A stretch of DNA of 64,000 nt, from the IMG/VR virus record IMGVR_UViG_3300042553_000685; one strand, written 5' to 3'. Below, piece after piece: positions 44,003 through 53,078 of this stretch (position 1 is the stretch's first letter; every line of letters starts with the position of its first letter). Under the pieces are notes generated by a model, which saw only the letters and a list, made by a program, of their open reading frames with translations, had not been told where the DNA came from and did not search any database. Both the position numbers and the translations under genes were made by a program. The stretch is from a virus.

Positions 44003-45876
44003 TTTAATCTCCTGAGACGGTCAAATACATCCTGGAGGCGTGGGCTCATATCTCCTGTAGTTACTCTAACTACCTTACCGCCCTTCTTATTAGAGTCTAG
44101 TATGGCGGCCCTATTCTCATTTAAGTTATCTTGCTTCTTAGCCATTATAATTAGAGAGCGGGGGTTCGTTGTATAGGCTGATCTATTGGCTACCTCATCC
44201 CCTACTCCTACCTCGAGTTTGCTAGGGAAGCCACCATCTCCTGCTAGTAGATCGATTATCTCTCTTATCTCAAGAGCTGATTCTCTAAAGGACGTGAAGG
44301 TTATGCCCGGCACGCCATCTCTATCAATATGTATAGCGCCTAGTACCCCAGTGTAAGGGCTTATAGAGTATGTAGCCTGTAGTAGAGTCTCTACTAGTGC
44401 CATAGGTGTTAAACCATTTACCTCTATGAGTAATGTATCGTCCGTATCTAAGAATGTATAACTCTCTTCTGTAGGTTGACTACTACTAATACGAAGTCGT
44501 ACGGTTCCTTCTAAGGGGCCCGTAGTTCTGAAGTAAAACGTATTGAGCTCATAATCGGTAGTCGGTGTGGGCTCCATAGCCTTATAATTACCCTCCTTGA
44601 CCTCGAGTATAAGAGAACGACTCCCCCATTCCCCCATAGAACTAAAGTCGGGTTCCGTACTATGGAGTAGCCCTGGGATGTGATACTCACTAGAGGCACG
44701 GGCTGCTATAGCCATGGCAGGTGTTATAGTAACAACTTCCCACCGTGCGTTGGGAGGGGCTGGATTTAGACCTGCTACTAGCGCTCGGTAGAATAGGCCA
44801 TTATATCTGACTACATTACCAATAGCGTATGTAGTGCCTGCGGTCCACTCGCCTAGATAGCCTGGTAATATAGCGCTTAGTGCTATAGTATGGGCCGACA
44901 TTATCACCAGCTCTTTACCAATAGTGGCATCGTGGCGCCGTACTCCCAGGCTCATACCTACCGTCTCGAACCATACAGAGGCCCTCGTGCGCTTAGGTAA
45001 TTCATTCGGGAAATAACTCTTACTATCTATGTCTAGTTGCACAGAGCGGGGCCTCTTACTATTAGGGCCCACCAATAGGTTGGTGCAGTCTAGTGCGCCT
45101 AGCGTAGCATTATTAATAGCCATAGTAACACTAGATATGACGTCGTGAATAGTATAGCCATCTACCATAGGCACTATGACTTCTACTGCACTAGAGTTAC
45201 TTACTACGTATCCGTCGGTGGGGCCCGTTTTATTAGATAAGTAGAGATATACATAGCTATAGTTATCGCTATCTATATGTAGTGTCTCTAACTGTCGTAT
45301 TGGTGAGTTGGGCCGGCTCGTATCTAGATTGATAGATGTGAAATCAGTATAGGACAGTGAGTCTAGGTTGAGGTTAAGTGCAAAGTAGAAAGTACGTTCC
45401 TTATCAGTATCTAGCTCTCGTGTCCCGTCTCCTGATACTAAACCATCCTTATAGAGAGTTATGATACGCTCTAGATCGGTTATAGCCGCCTTCTCTAGAT
45501 TTTCCGCTAGCGTTATATTCTTAACATTAGCATCAATAGGAATGGAGGCTATTAGACGACTAGCAGTGAGAGTAGCTGCTATGGCCAGTAGACCCTCTTG
45601 GAATGGTCCGCTAGAATCACTGAGTATCTCGACTACTCGCTGGAATACTATGGGATACGTATCGCCGAATAGATATGTGTTATCCAGGGCGCGGGCTGCG
45701 CTCAGTATCAAGCCCATGCGCGGATAGGCCTGTTGCAGCGCTACAGCCACTACCTCATCCTGCCGTCGTCTATAGGCTGATAATAGAACACTGTGAGAGA
45801 CTACCATATCGAGGAATGCCTCGCGGTTAGTCTCTATATAGGTGCGGATGGGACCACTCTGGCCAAAACTGTTCAA
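43999..45876 (-). CDS. hypothetical virion protein (625 aa) with a CBM5/12-like Trp-flanked motif
   Basis: EWTAGTTYAIGNVVRYNGLFYRALVAGLNPAPPNARWEVV (nt 44734-44850) fits the W..G..Y..G..V.YNG..Y.A......P.....W pattern of carbohydrate-binding modules 5/12. Confidence 0.55.
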   Translation of the reverse strand: MNSFGQSGPIRTYIETNREAFLDMVVSHSVLLSAYRRRQDEVVAVALQQAYPRMGLILSAARALDNTYLFGDTYPIVFQRVVEILSDSSGPFQEGLLAIAATLTASRLIASIPIDANVKNITLAENLEKAAITDLERIITLYKDGLVSGDGTRELDTDKERTFYFALNLNLDSLSYTDFTSINLDTSRPNSPIRQLETLHIDSDNYSYVYLYLSNKTGPTDGYVVSNSSAVEVIVPMVDGYTIHDVISSVTMAINNATLGALDCTNLLVGPNSKRPRSVQLDIDSKSYFPNELPKRTRASVWFETVGMSLGVRRHDATIGKELVIMSAHTIALSAILPGYLGEWTAGTTYAIGNVVRYNGLFYRALVAGLNPAPPNARWEVVTITPAMAIAARASSEYHIPGLLHSTEPDFSSMGEWGSRSLILEVKEGNYKAMEPTPTTDYELNTFYFRTTGPLEGTVRLRISSSQPTEESYTFLDTDDTLLIEVNGLTPMALVETLLQATYSISPYTGVLGAIHIDRDGVPGITFTSFRESALEIREIIDLLAGDGGFPSKLEVGVGDEVANRSAYTTNPRSLIIMAKKQDNLNENRAAILDSNKKGGKVVRVTTGDMSPRLQDVFDRLRRLK

Positions 45877-45888
45877 TGTAACCTCCGG

Positions 45889-46521
45889 TTACTCAAGGTT
45901 CATTAGGGCATCAATAGTACGCGCCTTACCGATGAAACGAATACCTTTTTCTACAGCTATATCCTTGATTTCGTTAGATGTCAGTTTTTCTAACTGGGCT
46001 CGTCTATCTAAATTAGCAGCATTAATGAGGGTAGGGCTGTTAACGGTGCTAACCTCAATCTCCTTTCCATCTGCTGTCAGGAAGACCGTAGTCTCGTCAT
46101 CATCCTCATCGTAGATCTCAGGCTCTACGGGAGGCATACCGGACTCTCCTAACTCAGGAGCCTTTTCTTCAATAGGTACTAGAGGCTCTCCTGGTAAACC
46201 CACTGGGATATCATATACTTCGTAACTGATGAGACTCTCTTCTTGAGTAGAGACGCCGTGGGTAACCTCGCCTTCAATGTAATCGTAGTTAGCGCCCTCG
46301 CGGTTTACTTCATCCATCAATTCCTTATAGCCCTGTTGATACTCATCGAGATAGAAGTAATCTAGATGAATAGACTGCGGGCTAACTAGAAACTTGAGCT
46401 CCTCTTTCGCCTGTACATCATTAAGGTCGAAGTGAGGTCTATCTCCTGTGAAGTAAGCGCGACTTTTGCCCCCGAACTCATAGTCAAAGGGACTTAGGAT
46501 GGTCAGTACTAATGTAGTCAT
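45889..46521 (-). CDS. acidic hypothetical protein (210 aa) with a HeH/Rho_N-like C-terminal helix-extension-helix
   Basis: The C-terminus LTSNEIKDIAVEKGIRFIGKARTIDALMNL resembles the Rho_N/HeH motif seen at the termini of many phage proteins. Weak call. Confidence 0.45.
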   Translation of the reverse strand: MTTLVLTILSPFDYEFGGKSRAYFTGDRPHFDLNDVQAKEELKFLVSPQSIHLDYFYLDEYQQGYKELMDEVNREGANYDYIEGEVTHGVSTQEESLISYEVYDIPVGLPGEPLVPIEEKAPELGESGMPPVEPEIYDEDDDETTVFLTADGKEIEVSTVNSPTLINAANLDRRAQLEKLTSNEIKDIAVEKGIRFIGKARTIDALMNLE

Positions 46522-46565
46522 ATATTTGGAAAATAGATATCATATACAATTTAACACATTCCATA

Positions 46566-46600
46566 ATATAAAACGCTAGGAGAAATCCTAGCGTTTTATA
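46566..46600 (-). terminator. intrinsic (potentially bidirectional) terminator after the 368-aa gene
   Basis: Perfect 12-bp stem aaaacgctagga-gaaa-tcctagcgtttt (46570-46597), with A/T runs on both sides. Confidence 0.75.
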
Positions 46601-46614
46601 TAAGCATCGCACTA

Positions 46615-47721
46615 CTAGATTAAGCTTCTGTAGATAGTGCGGGAGATAGTGAGAGCATCAGATGGGCCTACAGTCACTTCAACTAGGTCAGTGGGATCAG
46701 CCCATTTAGTCAGGCGAGAGTCACCTGGTTTTCCGACCTTACGCATAGGAGCCTCATTCGCTAAGTAGATAGGATTGATGCGACCTAGTAATGCAGAGTC
46801 AGAACGAGTTAATACGCGCTGGATAGCTGGTTCGTTACCAGTCTGAGCAGACGCAGTAGTGCTGGGCATGTAATACTCAAACACAGAGACATGAGTACCA
46901 GACACAGCGTTGATGTTATTGATGTCAGCAACAACAGTACCCGCAGTGCCAGAGTTAGCGTTGCCAATGTTGGCGTAATGGAACGCAGTGCCGGGCTTAA
47001 TTAAGAAGGATTTACCAGCAGTGTTATAGCGGGCTACAGCCTCAGCCTTAGTAAATACCTTACGGACTGCAGGGAACTCAGGTACCTGAGCGCTCAACTC
47101 GAGAAATGCAGTAGAGGTGATGTTCTCTAAGAGATTCTGGGATGCTGCATTGGTCTGGGGAATTACTTCCTTGAGAACTAGGCGCACGCCAGAAGGAACG
47201 AGAGGATAAGGAGCATAAGGACGGCTGGTACTCTTAGCTCGCTCTTCTTCGTAATTGTTGAAGGCTACAATATCAGCTGCGCTAGCCGATCCCTTGAATA
47301 CGCGGTTACGCACATTATCGATACCACCAAGAGCAGCTACAGCAGCCTCGGCAGCGGGGCTGATGAATACCTCAGCGTAGGCCTCAAGATTAGCATCGTA
47401 GTTAACGAAGTAATTGACGCCAGCGGCGACAGCAGCAGTTTTATCAGTAGGTTCTAAGTAACTGGGTACTGCGCTAATGACGAAGCGCTGTCCTTGTGCT
47501 ACAAGAGAACCAAGAGCGCCAAAATCAAGAGATAAGCCATTAAGAGAAATAGGGATACCATCGAACTCGATGGTCCCACCAGTGAAGTTAATCGTGTCCT
47601 CGTTAGGAGAGGCCTGTACAGTTGCGGTGGGGGCGGTAGTTACCCCACCCAGCACATACAGCGTATCGTAGATCGGCTTACGCGCTCCAGGGAGAGCCTG
47701 CCAAACATTCTGGATAGACAT
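46615..47721 (-). CDS. abundant virion protein candidate (capsid decoration or second capsid protein), 368 aa
   Basis: Directly follows the capsid gene, uses the high-expression codon style, and is followed by a strong terminator. No motif recognised. Confidence 0.45.
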   Translation of the reverse strand: MSIQNVWQALPGARKPIYDTLYVLGGVTTAPTATVQASPNEDTINFTGGTIEFDGIPISLNGLSLDFGALGSLVAQGQRFVISAVPSYLEPTDKTAAVAAGVNYFVNYDANLEAYAEVFISPAAEAAVAALGGIDNVRNRVFKGSASAADIVAFNNYEEERAKSTSRPYAPYPLVPSGVRLVLKEVIPQTNAASQNLLENITSTAFLELSAQVPEFPAVRKVFTKAEAVARYNTAGKSFLIKPGTAFHYANIGNANSGTAGTVVADINNINAVSGTHVSVFEYYMPSTTASAQTGNEPAIQRVLTRSDSALLGRINPIYLANEAPMRKVGKPGDSRLTKWADPTDLVEVTVGPSDALTISRTIYRSLI

Positions 47722-47749
47722 AGTTTAAAGATATGTGGGGGGTGAGGAA

Positions 47750-49063
47750 TTATAAACCAGGGAAGAATAGGTCTCCTTGGATACCTAGACGCTCATTGAT
47801 TTGCTGTACGGTACAGGGAGTTACATGGCAGACGCGATAGGGGAACTTGAAGTAGGGAAGACCCGCATTACCCATCTGAACCGCGATACCAGGTGCTGCC
47901 GGAGGAGGAACATCAGTAACAGTACGAGTCCATAAGCCGGGGCTATCAATGCTGTTTTCACTAGAGCAATACTGAGTTCTACCCGGTGCTTCTACGTTAC
48001 CATTGCTATCGCGGAAGCTGACAGCTACAATTTTGTTCTTAGGCCATACGCGCTTCTCAACACCATCAACTGGGTCCTTGTAGATAGTATCTACTACGTG
48101 AACGTTGATTCCCGCAATAGAGAGGATCTCGCCGCGGGTACCTAATACTAGGCCCATGCCAGTTCCTAATCCACCAGGAGGGAGGGGACCAAAGGACCCA
48201 CCACTGCCGCTGGAGTCAATTGTACTGTCTCCAAACACTGCGCCGAGCCTAGGGATAATACCGCCTTGTGCGAGACGAGCTTCTTCAGACATGAGAATAA
48301 CGTCACGCATCTCGGGACCCATATACATATCGGTGATATCCGATTTATTGGTATCCTTAAACCAACGGTTTAGTCGACGTGCAAAGTTGGAGAGAGCAAA
48401 CTGAGGATCAGTGATAGGAATACCTGAACTGGGAGTACCGCCTGCGTTTAAATCAACGAGGTTACGGAATAAACGGGCCTCATTACGGCCACGGTAACCT
48501 TGGGTAGTGTTGAAGTTAAAGAAGTTACGCGCGGGGATGTACGCAGGGGCCTTAACACGAACTCCAGAACGAGGATCAGTGTAATTGATGCCGCCGAGCA
48601 TCATAGCAGCCTGGAACACGTTCCAGGTTAATTGATGCTTCTGCATTTGACGGGTGAGTTTCTTCTCAATCTGTTCAGCAGCAGTAGCGCGTTCATTAGT
48701 AGTACCCTCTCTCACAGTGTTATTGAGTTGGGCATAACTCATGTACATCGATTGACGGATAGGAAGGGGTTGGTAGGATTGGCGATACACTGTATAGCCA
48801 TCGTCATCAACGAATAGGTCAGGTGCACCCCATTCAACCACAGGGAAAATAGTATCGACGCCTTCAATGACGTGTTCAGCAATGACAATACGCTCAGCAA
48901 TAGTCTCATCGGGGAATACAGTGCTGAGAGGGGTCGCAGGTAACTTAGCGAGAATAGAGCGGGCTAACTCAGTGTATACAGGCTCCCGAGGGAACGTAGT
49001 GTTGTCTACTAAGTAGGGGCTGCTGATAAGCGCTTGAAAGTTGGGGCTCGGAATATCTGCCAT
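47750..49063 (-). CDS. major capsid protein (lambda gpE-like pattern)
   Basis: 437 aa, immediately after the protease/scaffold gene. The overall pattern (QLTWNVFQAAMMLGG..., ...VWPKNKIVAVS..., C-terminal ...AGLPYFKFPY) recalls Phage_cap_E-type capsids. The call rests on synteny plus recollection. Confidence 0.6.
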   Translation of the reverse strand: MADIPSPNFQALISSPYLVDNTTFPREPVYTELARSILAKLPATPLSTVFPDETIAERIVIAEHVIEGVDTIFPVVEWGAPDLFVDDDGYTVYRQSYQPLPIRQSMYMSYAQLNNTVREGTTNERATAAEQIEKKLTRQMQKHQLTWNVFQAAMMLGGINYTDPRSGVRVKAPAYIPARNFFNFNTTQGYRGRNEARLFRNLVDLNAGGTPSSGIPITDPQFALSNFARRLNRWFKDTNKSDITDMYMGPEMRDVILMSEEARLAQGGIIPRLGAVFGDSTIDSSGSGGSFGPLPPGGLGTGMGLVLGTRGEILSIAGINVHVVDTIYKDPVDGVEKRVWPKNKIVAVSFRDSNGNVEAPGRTQYCSSENSIDSPGLWTRTVTDVPPPAAPGIAVQMGNAGLPYFKFPYRVCHVTPCTVQQINERLGIQGDLFFPGL

Positions 49064-49089
49064 ATTAGTGGGAAGTTAGTAAATTAGGA

Positions 49090-50463
49090 CTAGACCTTGG
49101 ATTTCTTAGCTGAATCCCAGTTCTTCTGGGCTAGCTCGCGGAGCTGGGCTTCTAGACCAGATGGGCGGGTGGCTGCGCTCTGGCCATACTGTTGTACTTC
49201 TACGGGCTTACTGTTAACAGCAGTATTTAATAGCTCTTCTAATTCATCGGTTACATCACGCTCGCCGCCAGCCTCTGTAGAAAGCTTAATAACACGAGAA
49301 CCACCGTGGAGTGCATCGGCTAATAAACTGAAACGCTCAATTAACGCAGGGGGTACACCTCTGCTTTGTAAGCGCTTAGTACGGTTGGCCTTCTCTCTAA
49401 CACTCACCTCAGTAGAATAGGCCTGAGCTACAGATTGGGTCATCGATAGCTTTTCCTCGATAGCCTCTAACTGTTTAGTGAGGGTAGCTATTACATCAGA
49501 CTGAGCCTTAGTCATAGCTGCTAGCTTCTCTTCGTATACCGCCTCTAAATTAAGGCGCATACTCTCAAGGGCATCTTTAGCCACTGCTAGTGAGGGCTCC
49601 GTTGCCGGGACAGTACCGATCTCGGTCTCGGGAGTTTCCATAATAATCTCATCCGACATAGTTGTTTGATTAGAAATTGTTTGTTCAGGTATAACTGCGC
49701 TTAATTTAAACACTGCTCCGGCTATTGTTTGTGGGCTCTGGCTAAGTGCCACTACCTTCTCTCTATGAGGAATGAATGGGGCATTAGTTAATGCAGTTCT
49801 AACTAATACAGTTCCTCGATTAACTCCTGTATTCTTATCAGTGAAATTAGTCAGGAATTCGCCTGAGCTGTATTCGTACTCTCCCCTGCTAACTGCATCA
49901 TAGGCTTCTGACTTAGGTGTGTAGTATCCCACCAGCATGTCGCCCTCAATGCGTAACTGCTCAAGGTCCCCACGCTTACGCTGGCCATCAAGTGCTTCTG
50001 CAGTCTCTATAAATTCATCGTAGCTATTAACGTCGGAGCTCTCAATAGGGTGGCCGAATGTAAGGTATGGCTCAAAGCCTAGTACATCATTCTCGAAGTT
50101 AGTGATGGCCTCTGTGAATTTCTCCATGGTGAAGGTTACTTCACCGTAGGTGTTGTGCTTCCAGGTGCCTATCTTGGCCTGCGGTACTCTTAGTTTACCC
50201 TTTAATAACTCTATACTGGCGTCTCCTACAGCAGCTGAGCTGAATAGTCTGGGGCCGTTATGCTCTATGTTGACTGGACAGAAGTCATCAGTGCACTCTC
50301 TAGCCGCTTCAACCTCGATAAGCGTAGTCTCAACCAATGGGGCTTCGGCTGCGCTAGGTGGGGTCTCTGATATCTCGAAGGTAGGGTTATCTATACTTAA
50401 ATTATCCTCTACAATAGAGGTATCAATAGTCTCGGGCATAAGCGTAATTGCTGGTGGCTTCAT
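49090..50463 (-). CDS. head maturation protease/scaffolding protein (Mu gpI-like N-terminus, coiled-coil C-terminus)
   Basis: 457 aa. GTWKHNTYGEVTFTMEKFTEAITNFEND...YLTFGHP resembles Mu-like prophage protein I. The C-terminal half is helical (LEAVYEEKLAAMTKAQSDVIATLTKQLEAIEEKL). Confidence 0.5.
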   Translation of the reverse strand: MKPPAITLMPETIDTSIVEDNLSIDNPTFEISETPPSAAEAPLVETTLIEVEAARECTDDFCPVNIEHNGPRLFSSAAVGDASIELLKGKLRVPQAKIGTWKHNTYGEVTFTMEKFTEAITNFENDVLGFEPYLTFGHPIESSDVNSYDEFIETAEALDGQRKRGDLEQLRIEGDMLVGYYTPKSEAYDAVSRGEYEYSSGEFLTNFTDKNTGVNRGTVLVRTALTNAPFIPHREKVVALSQSPQTIAGAVFKLSAVIPEQTISNQTTMSDEIIMETPETEIGTVPATEPSLAVAKDALESMRLNLEAVYEEKLAAMTKAQSDVIATLTKQLEAIEEKLSMTQSVAQAYSTEVSVREKANRTKRLQSRGVPPALIERFSLLADALHGGSRVIKLSTEAGGERDVTDELEELLNTAVNSKPVEVQQYGQSAATRPSGLEAQLRELAQKNWDSAKKSKV

Positions 50464-50476
50464 TAGTTTGTATTAA

Positions 50477-50899
50477 TTGACATCACTAAAGGTAGGAAAT
50501 ATGCAATTAGAAAGATTATTGGCTTTAGAGGCTCTAGAGCGACTTCTTGTTCGCCGTATTCGTAATGCGACTATTGAAGATACCTCTCTGGTATTCAACC
50601 TCAATGAGGGGTTGAGTACCAAACCTTATAAAATAGATATAGCTTCCTTACTACAAGGTACGCTCGAGTCTACATATTATAATTACCTGGCCGGCCGCAT
50701 GCTAACTGAGGGCTACACTTATACTGCAGTTGAGGGAGGTGAGATAGTAGAGTCACCTCGTGGTGATATCTATCAAATACATGGCACAGACTGTAGTTGC
50801 CCTCAGCGAGGTTACTGTAAACATCTCATACTGCGAGACTGGCACCTAACATACCGAGCGCGGCAGAATGATCTACGTCATCGCGTAAAACCTAGGTAG
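50477..50899 (+). CDS. SWIM-type zinc-finger protein (likely ATG start at 50501)
   Basis: CxCx(6)CxH: DCSCPQRGYCKHL (about nt 50789-50827). The track ORF starts at TTG 50477; ATG 50501 follows AAGGTAGG. The 3' end overlaps the 3' end of the portal gene by 8 nt (convergent). Confidence 0.7.
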   Translation: MTSLKVGNMQLERLLALEALERLLVRRIRNATIEDTSLVFNLNEGLSTKPYKIDIASLLQGTLESTYYNYLAGRMLTEGYTYTAVEGGEIVESPRGDIYQIHGTDCSCPQRGYCKHLILRDWHLTYRARQNDLRHRVKPR

Positions 50900-52232
50900 A
50901 GCTAATGGCATCGGGTAATCCAGTAATGGAACGTATGTGATCCTTATCTCCATCTACTAGGAAGCCCATGTCATGCATCTGCTTAATGGCATCTATCAGT
51001 GCTGCTAGATCAGTGGCCCTCCCCGGTAAACGAGTTATATAGCCCGTGTTGTTAGCCAGTGGGTATAGTGCAGGATCGAAGTTCAACCTGATTAGATTGC
51101 CTATGACCTGCTCAGTGAAGGCGTGTATCACTGTATCGAATATACTGTTGATCTTACCATCGAAGAGTTCTAGTTGAATCTCACTGGCCCGGCCTGTACC
51201 AAAGGTAGTCTCTCTATTCTGCATCAGTAGATTAGGAATACCCATACCCATTAGCATATTGTTATCGCAGAGTGATATGGCTCTTTCGAATGAGTCGCTG
51301 AAGTTATTACCTGTAGTTAGGGCCCCCACCTGTACCGGCTGCTCCTTACTGAGCTGTGTTAATACTAAACCAGAGTCGGTGCTTAGACGACGGAGTGCGT
51401 CCTCTGCCTGCTCCGCTATAGTAGTGGTTATCTCTGTACCATCGGGGGCCTCCTCTACTACGCCCGTATTACCGGGTGGCACTATTACGTATATGAGAGG
51501 GGTACCATAGCGGTCTAGAGCTATGAGCATCATATCTCGAAAGGCCCGCTTAAAGATAGAGTAGTCTAGCACGCTAGTGAGGCAACTGGTACCCCAGGGA
51601 TTATTACCCTTAGTGTTGTAATTAATGAATAGCCGTTTGTGACTAGGGAGTCGTACATGACTACCTACCACGTCTACTCTCTTAGGGGGGTCTCCTATTC
51701 TATAGGGAGGCAGAGGCACCCAGTAGCCCGACTTGTATTGACTAGCTGTTACTGTATCACCATCTACTATACGGCCATTGTCGTTAGTGATGAGCATGAC
51801 CTGTAGTGGGTGATAATTAACTATGTCATCTAATACCGTAGCCGGCATACTATCTCGCGTGCCGTGGGCGTATATCTGCTCGCTTAGACTGAAGCCATAC
51901 GTCATAATAGACTTCACGCAATGAGATATCCATGTCTTGGCTCTATTGCGTAGTTGGTCATCTATGAAGTTCTTAATGCGTTTATCCCCGTGTTGATAGG
52001 GCCCGACCTTATTAAGTACGCTCAGTGCTATAGAGTCGAGGCCCTGCGCTATGATAGGCTCCGCCTGCGCTGCCTCATCCCAGGCACTCAGCTGCTGATA
52101 GGTAGGCTTGCCTGCTCGTTTATAGCCACCATCCTCAGATAGATAACTAGTGGCTAGGCCTAGGTGCTCCATAGCGTAGATAGTGCGCCGGCGTATTGCT
52201 GGCGTGGTGGTATTACGTACTTCCATATTCAC
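50892..52232 (-). CDS. portal protein (candidate)
   Basis: 446 aa, the first large gene of the head module, upstream of protease/scaffold and capsid. The call is from size and position, with no unique motif. Confidence 0.55.
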   Translation of the reverse strand: MNMEVRNTTTPAIRRRTIYAMEHLGLATSYLSEDGGYKRAGKPTYQQLSAWDEAAQAEPIIAQGLDSIALSVLNKVGPYQHGDKRIKNFIDDQLRNRAKTWISHCVKSIMTYGFSLSEQIYAHGTRDSMPATVLDDIVNYHPLQVMLITNDNGRIVDGDTVTASQYKSGYWVPLPPYRIGDPPKRVDVVGSHVRLPSHKRLFINYNTKGNNPWGTSCLTSVLDYSIFKRAFRDMMLIALDRYGTPLIYVIVPPGNTGVVEEAPDGTEITTTIAEQAEDALRRLSTDSGLVLTQLSKEQPVQVGALTTGNNFSDSFERAISLCDNNMLMGMGIPNLLMQNRETTFGTGRASEIQLELFDGKINSIFDTVIHAFTEQVIGNLIRLNFDPALYPLANNTGYITRLPGRATDLAALIDAIKQMHDMGFLVDGDKDHIRSITGLPDAISST

Positions 52233-52477
52233 CAGAATGAGGGTCTCTTAATATCAGATAGTGGGTTAGAGTTCATATTCTCTAAAGATTTAGTCATTTC
52301 TTCTAGGGATTGCTGTTGTTTCTTATTCTGATTCTGAATATAGTTAGACGCCGCTTGATAAGCGGCCTCCTGCATATATTCGTCTTGCTGAATGAACTCC
52401 TGCAATCCTATACCAGTGACGCTAGCTATTATAACCCACTTCTCTAGCTGATAGTACTTGGTATAGTTCTGCGCCAC
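52229..52477 (-). CDS. hypothetical protein (82 aa, GTG start)
   Basis: 4-nt overlap with the portal start. Q/N-rich. Confidence 0.45.
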   Translation of the reverse strand: MAQNYTKYYQLEKWVIIASVTGIGLQEFIQQDEYMQEAAYQAASNYIQNQNKKQQQSLEEMTKSLENMNSNPLSDIKRPSFW

Positions 52478-52659
52478 CTGAACTACATAGTTATGTTTAA
52501 TAACGGGTAGATAGGGGTCAGGTGGCGGCGGTACTATAAACCTAGCACTAGGGAATATACTGCCGGCAATTTGTAGCAGAGGGTCGGCTATACGCTGGAG
52601 CGCGGCATTCTTACAGAATAACTCAGTGTTTATTAGGTGGAAGTACGTTAGATGAATGT

Positions 52660-53022
52660 TTAGATGGCTTGCTTCGATTTTGTAGTCGTAGCTCGCGTGG
52701 AAACACCCATAAGCTTTTTTGCCTCCGCTTGGGCCTTCTCACGCCCTTTATCGTCAATGAGATATAGGGTACTGAATACCTCCATGAAGTATTGTTGGTC
52801 CTCGACACACCAGTCGTCGGTGATACCATCGGGTTCGTAGTCGTAGGCATCGCTATCCAGAACCCGGCCATTGATGTTAACAATACAACGGATAGCTAGT
52901 ACTTCTTCAGGTAATAGGCCGCACTCCTTATTATAATGCTTGATCATCTCGCGACGGTCGTGAACCAGGGGCGGCTTGAAGCTAACCTCGAATTGGCCCT
53001 TCGGTAATGTGATAGTGTGCAT
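52660..53022 (-). CDS. hypothetical protein (120 aa)
   Basis: ATG preceded by GGAGAG at a 5-nt spacing. Divergent from the giant ORF. Confidence 0.55.
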   Translation of the reverse strand: MHTITLPKGQFEVSFKPPLVHDRREMIKHYNKECGLLPEEVLAIRCIVNINGRVLDSDAYDYEPDGITDDWCVEDQQYFMEVFSTLYLIDDKGREKAQAEAKKLMGVSTRATTTKSKQAI

Positions 53023-53066
53023 AACGTCTCTCCATGTATGTGCTATAAGATATCAGATAAGCTGAT

Positions 53067-53075
53067 TGATATAAT
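53067..53075 (+). promoter_or_regulatory. candidate extended -10 promoter (TGaTATAAT) upstream of the giant ORF
   Basis: Read at 53067-53075. A second near-match, TGcTATAAg, is at 53041-53049. The first sits only 3 nt before ATG 53079, so the true start may be ATG 53151 or the mRNA may be leaderless. Confidence 0.3.
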
Positions 53076-53078
53076 CCT

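Noticed and set aside
52623-52883. 86-aa minus-strand ORF
   Set aside because: It overlaps the better 120-aa ORF (52660..53022) out of frame. The 120-aa ORF has an SD-like GGAGAG and a sensible sequence.
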